DNA of 59,776 nt, the filler included, from Dugesia japonica (taxonomy: Eukaryota): assembly GCA_001938525.1 (NCBI GenBank). It is 4 parts of 4 records of this genome, joined end to end, with 100 filler letters (N's around TTAATTAATTAA, not from the genome) between each part and the next. Parts side by side here need not be neighbours in the genome. Positions count along the whole stretch, not along the records: positions 22,620 to 36,798 come from MQRL01509975.1; positions 36,899 to 48,104 come from MQRL01497328.1; 2 more parts are not named here. One strand, 5' to 3'. This document shows positions 29,175 through 41,600 of the stretch, piece by piece; within the stretch, counting starts at the first letter, position 1; every line of letters begins with the position of its first letter. A program made the position numbers and the translations under genes. Under the pieces are notes generated by a model that ran no database searches, was not told the origin of the DNA, and saw nothing but the letters and a program-made list of their open reading frames with translations.

Positions 29175-29918
29175 CTTATATAATTACCAAATTCACTCAC
29201 TGCCTTCAGAATGCTTCAGTTAAACAAAATATTTTAAGCTTAAAAATGTTTAAGCTTTTTTTATTTATTATTTTTAAATATTTTAAGCTTTTAAATCCTA
29301 ATTTATATGATATAAATTTTCCAGTAATCTTGACATTCTCTATGACCATTAATAAGGTACGAGGACAATAATTTGATGAAGTATTTGATGGCGTATTTGA
29401 TTGAACCAGTTTTCGCTAATGGCCAAGTCNNNNNNNNNNNNNNNNNNNNNNNNNNNNNNNNNNNNNNNNNNNNNNNNNNNNNNNNNNNNNNNNNNNNNNN
29501 NNNNNNNNNNNNNNNNNNNNACCTCACTCTGGAACGCTCGAACACAAGTAAAAAGTCAATAATAATTTATAAAGTTGTTGGAATTAACAAACTTTTATAA
29601 TATAACGGTTGATATATATTTTTGAATTAGTTTGGAGTGAAGAAATAGATCCGATTAACCGTGGATTTTTATGTGAATTACAAATACCGTTACTAAAGAT
29701 ATTTTACTCGCAATGTTGTGTATACCGAAATAATGCAGTAAATAAATGCTAACGCTTCAAACAAAAAAAATTTGCAAAATATTCTCATTTTCAGATTAAA
29801 AATTAATCCAATAATTACTGACGCCACAGTCACCCAAAAATAAACTTTAGAAGCTTAAAGTATTTTGCTTAGCTGAAGCGTTCCAGAATGAATTAGTGAG
29901 TGAATTGTGTAATTATAT
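29175..29918. mobile_element. MITE-like element with ~65-bp imperfect terminal inverted repeats
   Basis: ataattaccaaattcactcact..gcttcagttaaacaaaata..aagctt vs aagctt..tattttgcttagctgaagc..agtgagtgaattgtgtaattat. Confidence 0.65.
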
Positions 29919-30199
29919 TAATAAAAAATTATTTTATCGTTTATTACATTTAAAATGAATTCAAAATATTTTTTTATCTATATTTATTTGATGGTAAATC
30001 TGAATATCAAGTTTTAATTCTTTACTCATCTTATCTTATTATGTGAGAAATATTGAAGAGTCAACAATTTTCTAAATCACTTTTATAATCAATAAATTTA
30101 AACCCAAAAATTTTAATTTATAAATAAGGCTGAAAATTATTTTTAATTTTAAGTCTCAAGAAATTATTTTACTAGTCATGATTTAATTAATTTAATGTT

Positions 30200-31620
30200 T
30201 TATTCTGAACCAAACAAATCTATCTATTAGATGAGTTTCAAGTACTCATCGGATAATTAATATCCAAACTCGTTTCCATAAAAGATTTATTCATAAAACA
30301 AAACTATATCCATTATTATTTGTTGATTCAAACAAATTAAAACTCCATGCTTTAATTGGAAATCATTTTTCAATAAATTTAAAATTTTAGATTAAATTTT
30401 CATTTAAAATAATTTCGAAAATTTAAACAACATAATCATTTTTCATTAAAATATCATTTAAAATATTCCCAATATTTTAAAACCAAATAATTATTTGCTG
30501 TTAAAATATCATTTAAAATTGTTTCAAAATTTTAAAACAAAATTGTCATTTCTAAAAATCCACAATAAATTGTGTATAAAAATATTTCAATTAATTCTTA
30601 AACTATTCATAATTTTTGTACAAAAAATTTAATTTGATTTACATTAATTTTTTAATTAATTTCTCAATTTCAATTTTTAAAAAAAAAAGATTTTAAGAAA
30701 ACGATTTCCTACTAAAGCACAAAAATTTCAACTCGCTTTTCAAAACATACTCACACTACCATTTGCTAAGATTACAATTAACTCAAAAATTGATTTTATT
30801 ATATGCGTTAAAAAATATGTTTAATTTCAACATCCAATCTTCTTTTAAAAAAAGTAATTATCTACTATTAATTTTCTACCAATATTTTAAGCAAAAATAA
30901 GCATTCAAATCAATATAAGTTTATTCACTAAGATTTCATTGATTTTAATAATTTTAAATTTTAATGGAGACTTAAATTAAATTGAAAGTTGCTTGTTGTT
31001 TAATATCATTGATCTTTAAAATAAATTAAAGTAAATTAATTATATTATATTAGCTAAACATATTTGAAACTTTTATAATCTTTAGTTATAATTGTTAGAT
31101 AAGTTTGGAAAACTCATCTGATCATTTATATATTATCAGGACTCGAATTCACTACAAAATTTATTCAAACAAAACTATGCTAAACACTATTTGTTTATGC
31201 AAACAACTTAAAATCCTGTATTTTCATTGGTGATCATTTTTTTTAAATTTTAAAACGAAACTTTAATTTATTTAAAATTGATTTAATTTCATTATTTGAA
31301 ACATTTAATTTATTTATTTAAAATTTAAAACAAAATTTTCGTTTATGTTTAAAAATTTTACTTTATCTTTAAAATCGAAACTTTTATTTATTTAAGATTA
31401 ATTTAATTTCATTATTTAAAAACATTTTATTTATTTATTTAATTAGTCAAATTTCCGTTTACTCAAAAATTTTAATTTATCATTAAACCAAATATTTGTT
31501 ATTTAAATTTTTCATCAATAATTTAAATCTTTCTTTTAAACAAAAGATTTTAAAAATATGATCACCAATCACACAAAAATTTCAACTCGCTTTACAAAAC
31601 ACTCACAATAATGTTATTAA
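30200..31620. repeat. Diverged ~870-bp-period direct repeat in intron
   Basis: actcatc..tttattca..caaaactat near 30244 and 31112; cacaaaaatttcaactcgcttt near 30718 and 31572. Confidence 0.65.
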
Positions 31621-32322
31621 ATTTATCTTTCGATTAACAAGTTTCATTATAAGAAAGTTAGTCAAATAATATATATTTATTACTCGATAGATGAATAAGA
31701 TGCATTTGTAATACCTTTTAATACTTTAGAGGCGATATATTGACTTTTTATTTTAAAAACAATTATAACTTATGCTATAACAGTTAATTTTAATAAAATA
31801 AATTTTTGTAATAGGATATGTAATTCTACTGAATAGGAATATTCATGTTTAAACCTATTTCGCCTCAGATATGTGTACATACAAGAATTCTAGGTACCGA
31901 TCTTCACACTTGATCTTCACTTGTTTGATATGAAATTACTGTAAATGTAATTGAGTAGTTTTGTGGAAATTGGATAAAATTCAAAAATCTTAGTCCATAA
32001 CCATTGCCAGTTCCTAAATAAGATGCATTCAAAAATTTCTGAGCGAAAAGAGAAGAATTTTGTTGTCTATAGAGCAAAACCACACATATATTGATCAAGA
32101 ATATCATGCTCTAAGTACAATAAAAGGGTGCATGGAGGGTACATGGTCATTCGCGTAAAAAGTCTCCTTACTAACTAAATTATATTTTATCAATTTATTC
32201 TGTCACATAATTATGTATTATTTTGCAAATAAATGTATGTTTGGCATTTTTTATCGTATATTTTGTGTACATGCTTATTTTAAAATCGATTAAAATTATT
32301 CTTGTCTTTTTAAGTTAAAGAA

Positions 32323-32790
32323 AATGGAGGAAAAATTGCTATTAGAGTCTTAATTAGATTTAATTTGAAAAAGGGACTAAGTGCACGAAAATTAGTATAC
32401 GTCGAATATCAGATAATCTTGGGGCTTCAAAATCATTCATACTTGGGAAAGTGAACAGAAGCTGTCAAATTTTACCACATGATCTCATTTCTGCACCACT
32501 TTTGTGTGTGGAAGTCATGGTAAACTGCTTACCAATTCCCATGATGACTGTTTCTATAAACGAATTGTCATCTAAGATGAAAAATGGATCATGTACCACA
32601 ATTCTGATTTGAGAAAGCAATGGTTGGACCCAGGTCAGTAGGCAGAACTTGTTTTCAAACCAAAACGGTTTGGACAAAAAATTGTTTTATGTTCTTGGTG
32701 GAACTATAAGAGTTTGCTGCACTTCGAATTAGTTTCAGGTGGACGTGGATTTACGGCTAATCTTTATTCTAACAATTTCCAAAAGTCATT
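32323..32790 (+). mobile_element. Mariner transposase fragment
   Basis: MEEKIAIRVLIRFNLKKG, PHDL, DEKWIMYHN, LCSWWNYKSLLHFEL. Confidence 0.85.
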
Positions 32791-32829
32791 TTGTTAATAT
32801 GTGTGTGTATATATATATATATATATTGG

Positions 32830-32949
32830 ACAAAATTCTAAATTCCCAAAATAAAAAATTTTCAACTAAATTTCTATGAATAAAAATGTCTGCCTGAAAT
32901 AAAATATCTCCTCAGGTTGGGTGAGCTGGAGTGCCACTATGTAACTACT
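32830..32949. mobile_element. Putative Polinton terminus fragment
   Basis: Ends gccactat-gtaa-ctact, the reverse complement of AGTAG-N4-ATAGTGGC, shared with three other sites in the window. Confidence 0.5.
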
Positions 32950-33660
32950 ATAGATCCTTATGGATTGTATTTTGAATATTAGTTATGTGTGTNNNNNNNN
33001 NNNNNNNNNNNNNNNNNNNNNNNNNNNNNNNNNNNNNNNNNNNNNNNNNNNNNNNNNNNNNNNNNNNTGTTTTCATTTCGAAATATAAAAATGGTACAGA
33101 AGTGAAAATTTATCTACAGTAAAATAAGTTTTTGTAACGTTAATTAAAAGCTTCAGTTGGAATTTTTTTCTTTCCCTTGTATAAAATTACATATATTTTA
33201 AAATACAAAGAACCTGAAATATTTTCATTTTTAAGAAAAATATGTTAATTTTAAAAGTCGTGCAAATTGCATATCTTCCTAGGTATTTATGGCGGGTACA
33301 TTAAAAAACTTTTAAAGTACTAATAGGGATAATATTTAATTTTGCTTGAATAAAGTAAATGTTATTCACATGCAATTGAATTTAATCGAATATGATTAAA
33401 AACTTTCATTCTCATTCAGAGAATTAAATTAATAATAATGTTATCTAGCATAGTAAATAAAATGAGTACATCATAAATTCATCGATTCTGCAATGTGCTA
33501 AATTAATTCGGAATATTTTATNNNNNNNNNNNNNNNNNNNNNNNAAAAAAAATCAATTATTAATTCATATAATATAATTAAATTGGATAGTTGGTGTTCA
33601 ATTCTTTTCTTTCTAATGTTAAAAATAAAGTTTTTCCTATTTTCATTATTTATCATTTAG

Positions 33661-34233
33661 AATGGCTGTTTAACAAATAAACTTGGTATCCAATGTTATA
33701 TCAAGGCTAATTGTAAAAATGCGGCCGTGTTCGGCGGATTCGAATGTTTAGAATCATATTATTCTCCATTTGTATATAAAGATTGGTTTAGACCTGGATC
33801 TGGAGAAGTATTAGTTTCTGTAATCACAGATGGGCCTACTCGTGTTTTACGTTTGATTGATAAAAATGATAAATTTCATAGATCACAATCATTGGAAAAT
33901 ACCAACAATGAGGATTTATTGAAATGTCCTTATTTTGAAATACAACTTAGTATAAAAGGATTCGGTGTATTTTTGATTAATCACATACCAGAAGAACTCT
34001 TGTATGCTGTATGTAATAATATTGAAATTATATGTCGACGAAAAAAGCGTAAAGATTACTTCCTCGTCAGAATGGGACAAATTCAAGTTGACAATCAACA
34101 AATGAATACGGGTTATCCTTGTGTGATGTATGAAGAAAATATACCTCACATTGATTCGCATAATGCTTTCTCCTTGGAATTTGAACGAGAATTAGGTCAT
34201 CAATATGATATACTTGTGTTCAATTATATAATG
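33661..34233 (+). CDS. VPS13D: VPS13D internal exon
   Basis: FRPGSGEVLVSVITDGPTRVLRL...PEELLYA...IQVDNQ; 191 codons, phase 0/0. Confidence 0.93.
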
Positions 34234-34283
34234 GTTTTTAAAGTCATTATTTATAATTTCATTATTATTCCTAATATTTATAG

Positions 34284-34575
34284 ATGCACATTTCACCAAT
34301 GTGTATAATTCTTGAGGAGAAAATGCTACTCAAAACGATACAGATGTTTTGGTCTCCATCAAAAAAGATGGAACTTTCGGAGGAAGATTTTAATAGTTTA
34401 CAAAATCATTCTCATTTTCATGAGGGTCGAAAAATATATATTGGAAAATTAACATTGATAACTGGTAATATTAGTCTTTCAGTGATTACAGCGGAATCAC
34501 TTCCATTTGATTTAAAACAAATGAAAAAATTATTCCCTTCATTAATGAGTTTTACAAATGCACAAATTATAATAC
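34284..34575 (+). CDS. VPS13D: VPS13D internal exon (start of C-terminal region); later exons not found in window
   Basis: After a 50-nt intron; ILEEKMLLK...ISLSVITAESLPFDLK; donor gtaagt at 34576. Confidence 0.9.
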
Positions 34576-34953
34576 GTAAGTTTCCCATAATTGTATTGAT
34601 TATCGATTCTATTAATTAATACTTTCCTGTCTTTTATAATAACAAACTTGTGTTAAAAGATTAATGTTTGGTTAAGAATTTAAAATCTAGCATCTTTGCT
34701 TAAACTCCATTGCTGCTTCTTATTGAAGCAGCCATTATTTACATTTGAACATTTTTTTATAAGTTATAATAAAAATGTTTGCTTATAGATTCCAACAATA
34801 ACAAATTGTGAAAATGAATGCCATAAATTATTTGATAAATTATTTTTAGAGAACATTTAAACATCTTTTATTTTTAATTGATACAGTTTAAAATTATTTA
34901 ACCGCTGANNNNNNNNNNNNNNNNNNNNNNAACTTGTATTTATTTTTATAATA

Positions 34954-36293
34954 TTGGGGGTCTTATTTGAAAATTACCGAAAAATATAAAACAAATAGTT
35001 ATAGAAAATTAACGTAGTTTGGATAATACGAATTAACGTTATAATTTTTAATGAATAAATATTCTATTTAGTTATCGTTTAATTATGAGAGATTACAAGG
35101 ATATTGTAACTCAGATGAAAATGTCTTTTTATTACAGATAACAAATACTTCAATGTAAATCATTATGTAATTTCTATCTGATTGCACAACCATTCACCAT
35201 CTTTCAACCAAACTTTGAATACCCTCTTTGTAAAATGATGATGATTATTCAGCAAAAATCTGTTCCGCTTATATAGCATCAATGTTTGAGAATGATTTTC
35301 CTGACAAAAAAATGGACAATGATCGACTCTAATAATAGTCAGATGGCGCACAATCGAGGAAATAGGGAGAATGTTGCATGAGCTTCATTTCAAGTCATGT
35401 AACTTTTGTATAGTCTTTTTTGTTGCATATGGTTTGGCGTTGTCTTGGTGAAATATCATCAGTTCTTTGTGGACTAATGCTNGTCGCCCAACTTTGAGAA
35501 CGGCCGCAAAAACGAATTAATTGTTCGCACTTAATTGATTATATTAATGTACTCTTTAACATTTCTAGATGAGTTATTACCATGTTGAACCACCTTATAC
35601 ACAATAGATCCTTCTTCAGGTGAAACCCTGACTTGAACGAAGGTCTTGGATATAAACATTAATTTTTTCTGTTAAGGTTTTTATACAACACTTATTTATA
35701 ATCTACAGTCACTATTCGCTTCCAAAAACCCTCAAATTCATGGCGAAATTAATTAAAACCGAGAGACGCATTTCTTTCTGGATCGGTGTAAATTCATGAG
35801 GCAGCCAAATACCAGTTCCCCAGACTTTACCACTCAGATGGAAAATTTATTTGAACAGTTGACCAACTAATACCAAGAGTGATTGTCCTTTCTTTGATGG
35901 TCAATATCGGATCTTATTCAACCAACTTTCTTAGAGCGTAATTATCCAAAACATTTTAACGATCAGGTCTTCGAAGATCTTCAAAAGATGTTTTAGGTTC
36001 CCTGGACCGTTTAAATCAATTTATAGCCTGTCTATCGCTAATGGCATTTCCATAAATTGTACAAATCCTTTTGAGAACTTATATCGCTTTAGAACCACAA
36101 TCACATTCGTATAAAATACTCTGTCGGATATGTTCTTTATCATCTACGAATTTAGTCAACTTATAACACTATGGTAAAAAAATTTTAATGGTTTTAATAA
36201 CATTTTTATACATATAAATATATTTCCTTTAAAAATCTAAACAAGAATCAGTTACATATTAGCTAAACGGAAATTTTCGAATAATACTCCCAT
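34954..36293 (-). mobile_element. Full-length decayed mariner element (~1.34 kb)
   Basis: TA-flanked imperfect TIRs (ttgggggtcttatttgaaaattaccg / cggaaattttcgaataatactcccat); minus strand WLPHEFT, FHQDNAKPY and a YSPDLAP-like motif (PYFLDCAPSDYY). Confidence 0.9.
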
Positions 36294-36426
36294 TAGGTGA
36301 ACAGATATTGAAAGAACTCAGGTGAAAATTTGGGACACATAATAAATTATAGCAATTCGATACATTCATTTATTTAAAATCTATTATGTTGAATTTCGAA
36401 TTACAGGCCTCCTTAACTGAAATAAT

Positions 36427-36427
<1 letters not shown>

Positions 36428-36493
<66 letters not shown>

Positions 36494-36569
36494 NNNNNNN
36501 NNNNNNNNNNNNNNNNNNNNNNNNNNNNNNNNNNNNNNNNNNNTATTATTATTATTATTATTATTATTA

Positions 36570-36610
<41 letters not shown>

Positions 36611-36627
36611 TTATTATATTATTATTA
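36428..36627. repeat. (TAT)n microsatellite
   Basis: Direct reading; spans an N gap. Confidence 0.95.
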
Positions 36628-36798
36628 ATGTACGTTTTTATTAAATTAGTGCGGTTCTTTTATTTTCAATATATCGGGGTCGTCTTCTTCGGGAACTACA
36701 TTTTTATTAACATGTTTAAATTTCTATCATTTGTTTGCATTGATTTTGTTATTTTATGATATTATTAATAACAATTTCAATATCCTAGAAAAATAGCC

Positions 36799-36898
36799 NN
36801 NNNNNNNNNNNNNNNNNNNNNNNNNNNNNNNNNNNNNNNNNNTTAATTAATTAANNNNNNNNNNNNNNNNNNNNNNNNNNNNNNNNNNNNNNNNNNNN
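36799..36898. other. Artificial contig spacer
   Basis: 44 N + TTAATTAATTAA + 44 N. Confidence 0.9.
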
Positions 36899-36965
36899 AT
36901 ATTTTCCACTTTATTTTCCCCTTACTCTCCAGAATATTTTATTATTATTAAAATGTGTTCTAACC

Positions 36966-37000
<35 letters not shown>

Positions 37001-37001
<1 letters not shown>

Positions 37002-37405
37002 GTGTCCCACCTGAGTTAAGCGGAAAAGTTGGTGGCTGGGGAAAAACAGCCCTCAAGGAGACCCGTTCAAGAATTTGAAAGCTTTCAATCGCCAGTGCAC
37101 GTCAAAGGACTACAAAATTTTGGACGCATTAATCCGAATCCTAATGTTGTTGACGGTGTTGTCATAGATGACCTGCCGCTTACGAATTTTTCTACAAACG
37201 AACTTCTAGGAATTCTCGATGTCTGTTACGAGAATCCCATAAATATCAAGTATAGTACAGGGTATTACCAGCTTTTTGTCCGCGAAAAATTTGTTTGAAC
37301 GATTCATCACAATTATTCTCAAAAAACGTGAAAACTCCAATTTTAAAAGCTATATACAGACGAATAATTATACATAATTTTAATGAGAAACTTTATGATA
37401 AATTT
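37001..37405 (+). pseudogene. SF3 helicase domain resembling CRESS-DNA virus Rep (putative endogenous viral element), two frameshifts
   Basis: Joined reading: Walker A-like GKVGGWGKT (37022-37048); Walker B DGVVIDD; B'-like LLGILDVCYENPINIKYST; motif C LPAFCPRKICLN; arginine-finger-like KAIYRR. Confidence 0.72.
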
Positions 37406-37879
37406 ATTGTAATTGCATCATTACAGACGGAGAAGCAGACTTCCTACAAGCCGAGAGTTGGTCTAAACGTAGGCACTGGTATTGTCCAGTCGGTCACTCA
37501 GAAGATGAGCGAGATATATGGGCCGCACTTGAACTACATCGGTGGATCTCACAGTGCTACTGCGGATCGAAAGTAAAAATGAGTAGTTTCCACAAGGAAT
37601 CTTGTTACAAATTCTTCATGATATACTGCGACTTATTTTTTGTTGGCTTTTAATTTTAGTAATAATTTTTTTAACTGGTTTCATTTATATTACGACTTAT
37701 TTCATCTTGTTAACTCATAAAAATGGTTATTTAAATTTTTCCAGTAATGTCATTTTATGAAGATCTTACGAGATTTTGTTTTCAATTTATTTCTGGGGCT
37801 AATTTCATTATTAATAATAGCCATTATAACGCGATTATTAATAGTTATGAAATACATAATATGGTATTCGATAACGGCA

Positions 37880-38032
37880 TTAATTCGATTTGTGTGAAAG
37901 GAATTTTGAATACGCATAATCACTATTCTGTTTTCAGTCAGTATAAAGCTGCTCTCGTTGAATTATTTAATCGAACATTAAGAACAAAGCTTGCAAATAT
38001 TTCACTTATCGCGGTAATAAAGTTTGGATAAG
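37880..38032 (+). pseudogene. Polinton-type retroviral-like integrase fragment
   Basis: [25 protein letters not shown], frameshift, [11 protein letters not shown]; resembles the Polinton KAxxVERFNRTLK..KYFT..W motif. Confidence 0.75.
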
Positions 38033-38486
38033 ACGAAATAGAGGTGATGTTTGTATTTCTATTCTTCACACAACAGGCGATGATCCACAAAGAGGAGAAT
38101 TGCCTTCAGAACGGTGGAATCCTACACAAAACGTCAGAAATATTCTGCTCAGTGTTATTTCCATGTTGAATGAACCGAATATCAATTCAGCCGCGCACGT
38201 GGACGCATCCGTTTCATTCAGAAAATGGCAAGAATCCAATGGAAACGAGAAAAGTTATGAATGCATGGTTAGGCATCTTGTATTTTTGACTAAGGCTGAT
38301 GCTGAAAAAGATAAAGTTTAAGTCCTGACGACACTTGCAGAGTATTGTGGATCAGGAGGTACAAATAATCGAACTTCTGAATTGAGTAATCCGTGTGATT
38401 ATAATGATTATCTTACACCGGATTACGACGATGACGATGATNATGACGATGATGACTTTGAAGAGTTGTATGATGATACAGAATAA
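38033..38486 (+). pseudogene. CDC34: 5'-truncated intronless copy of CDC34/UBE2R ubiquitin-conjugating E2
   Basis: [46 protein letters not shown] (catalytic Cys and acidic loop); in-frame TAA at 38319-38321 inside KV*VLTTLAEYC; acidic tail ends with stop at 38484-38486. Confidence 0.88.
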
Positions 38487-38699
38487 TAGCAACAGTTGAA
38501 AAGAATTTCGTAGTCATTGCTGATTGATTGATTAATTGTGTCTCTGTGTGTGTATAATTGACTGATATTGCCTTATTTAGTGTTGCTTTATTGTTGCTGT
38601 TTCATTATTATTATCTATAATAATAATAATCATTATTATTGTACAAAGCAGACTTTCACAAACTAGAAATGTAGCACGAAAAATCTGGGGAAAATTTAG

Positions 38700-41600
38700 T
38701 GCATTTAGAATATTTGTCTCTGGATTAGCAGGAATTTATGCTATTTGTGTAATTGTGAAAGTGACATTCACTCAATTGTTATCTACATATAGTATATTTA
38801 AAATAGGTGGATGCACGTGGAGACTAATCATTGGGTTGTTTCCATTCTTAGCCAAATTTTTATTGTTCAAACATCACGACGAGATAAAGGTTAAAAATGA
38901 GACAAGGAACAGTAAAGCATACTGTGGTGCGTTTGCAACCGGATAAAAATGACCAATGAAGCGATGACGATGATAATCATAGGGTTGAAACGGCGGCCGA
39001 TGTAACAGTAATGATAATTATTATGGTCGTACCGACAAAAGTGATAATGATGAAAATTTTGATAAGGATATACCTACTAAACATGTATAGATGAAGATGG
39101 ATTTCCAAGATTTTGGAGTAAAGCTAAGAAAAAGACAATGGTAATTCTCAATAATAAACAGAAGAGGCGAGAGGGTATCCTAACTAACTGGGACGGAAAA
39201 ATGAAATATACAGGTCGTGGACCGTATAACTCACTAATCAGTACTATATTCAACCCACTATTGAAAGCAAGTGCTCCAACTGAAAGTTCAATGTTACCGC
39301 CACCAATGTATCCAACTTGAGAATTAGATGAACTAAGAGAACAGATAGATAACTGGGATTTGGAGAAAATCATAGAATATGTGAACAATAAACCAAGATC
39401 TCGAGGTTTAGTAAGCACTATATTTGAAAGACGAACGGGACAAAAATTGCCAGCAAACTATACTCAAGAAGATTTGGCAAAAGGATTTCNNNNNNNNNNN
39501 NNNNNNNNNNNNNNNNNNNNNNNNNNNNNNNNNNNNNNNNNNNNNNNNNNNNNNNNNNNNNNNNNNNNNNNNNNNNNNNNNTTACAAGAAAGAAATGGTA
39601 TGAATAATCAAACAGAACCAAATTTTAATACACAAAGAGAAAACATGTTAGGGATTTCAACATTAATGTCAACTTTTATGGTAAATGTAGAATATGCCCA
39701 CAAGCCAACAATTAAAATCAGAATTAATCGACATGTAGTCTACGCTATGATAGATTCTGGATCAGACAGAGCAATAGTAGAAGCCAATCTACTGAAAAAA
39801 TCAGAAACTGAAAATGTTAATTAAGAACAATAAGACAATACTGCAGCAAATGGAGAAAAATTAGATATCATAGGATATCTAGATTGTAATATAAAATTAT
39901 GTGACCAAGATATAAAACATGAAATAAAAGTCGTGAGGATGTATTATGTATGGATGTATTAAAAAAGCTCAAAGATGTGGTTTTTGATTGCGCCACAGGA
40001 CAACGGGTAAAGTTAACTAGAAAGCGTAAAAAGGAATACAATGAACACTTGGCTTATATCGATAGACAGATCACGATACCTCCTATGGTAAAAACTGTAT
40101 GTACTATCAATACTACACTCAAGCAGAATGGAGAAGTACTGTTTGAGTCAAATCCTCTGTTAATGGAAAGATATTGTATACCTAGAACCTATAGCATCAG
40201 CCAGGTTAGAGAGGGTAGAATTTCAATAAAATTGAGAAATTTAGACATTAGACGGATTACATTGTTTCCAGATACAAATATGAAAGTTATTTATGTACCA
40301 GATGATGAAATAATTGAGAAATCTTCAACATTATCTGTCATAGAGCAACGAGATCCAGATATCGAATACTATGATGCACCGTGTGCGATAGTAAAATTTT
40401 AACTAGAAAAGAAAATATTCTCATAAATATGTTGCTAAGAAAATTTGATCATATTTTCGCTAAACACGAATNTGATCTTGGAATAACAAATATCTTGGAG
40501 CATGAAATTGTGCTCACAACGGATAAACCAATCAAGTTGAGACCGTATCTAATTCCTGAGAAATTGGAAGCAAACGTAGAAAATCAAGTTAAACTGATGT
40601 TAAAATAAAAAATTATCAGTCACCATTCCAATCCCCATTAATAAAATGGCTAAATAATTAATGGCTAAAAAAGATGGAACAGTATGATTATGCAATGATT
40701 ATCGTAAATTAAACAAAGTGACAGTCAAGGAGAGTCATCCTTTACCATTATTGGAAAGGATATTCGATAAATTGAGAAAACCATTATATTACTTCGTAGG
40801 AGATGCACAAAAAGGATTTTATCAAATCGGATGCACTGAGGAAACTAAAAGAATAATAACATAAAGAGTATAATGTTATGCCATTTAGACTCACAGGAGC
40901 TCCGGTGACATTTCAAAGAACCGTGAATAAAATCCTAGAAGATGTACCATTTGCAATGGTATACATTGACGACATATATAATATCTCGGAAAGGAATAAG
41001 ACCTGATCCAGCAAATATAATAAAAGTACAAAAATCTCCTCAACCAAAGAATCCAAAACAATTAGAATTAGCAGGATATTATAGAAATATTATAGTTAAA
41101 TTTGTATGGGGAACTTTACAGTAAAAAGCGTTCGAGACGCTCAAAAATCTATGCCAGTAATAAAGGAGTTGGGGCTGTGTTAGGCCAACTCGATGAAAAC
41201 GGTAATGAATGTGCTATAGCTTATACAAGTAGAGGGCTGAAGTTTTAACTAGTAAAATTATGCTGTAATAGAGTTAGAGACTTTAGCAGTAATATTCGCG
41301 ATTGATAAATATAGACATTATCTTTGGGGTAGAAAGATAATAATCTACACCGACCATAAGCCATTAAAATGGTTGATGAAGCATAAGAAAATTCATCTAG
41401 ATTAATTAGATGGGGATTGAAATTACAGCCATATGATATATATATAATTTACAGAAAAGGAAAAGAGAACTCAAATTCAGATGCATTATCAAGAATGGAT
41501 CAGGATGATGAGCTTGAGGATATTAAAGAAGGAAGATTAGAAGGAACATATTTGCAGATCTTAAAATGTTAAACAACCAAGCCGATGTGATCAAGTAGCA

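Noticed and set aside
31817-31893. Possible extra VPS13D exon
   Set aside because: Not needed: 29134 splices in phase to 33661 with a continuous plausible peptide, and no VPS13-like sequence is seen here.
36386-36628. Poly-Y/I/L ORF
   Set aside because: (TAT)n microsatellite artefact.
37685-37693. CRESS origin nonanucleotide (TTATATTAC)
   Set aside because: Deviates from NANTATTAC, has no flanking stem and is expected by chance in AT-rich DNA.
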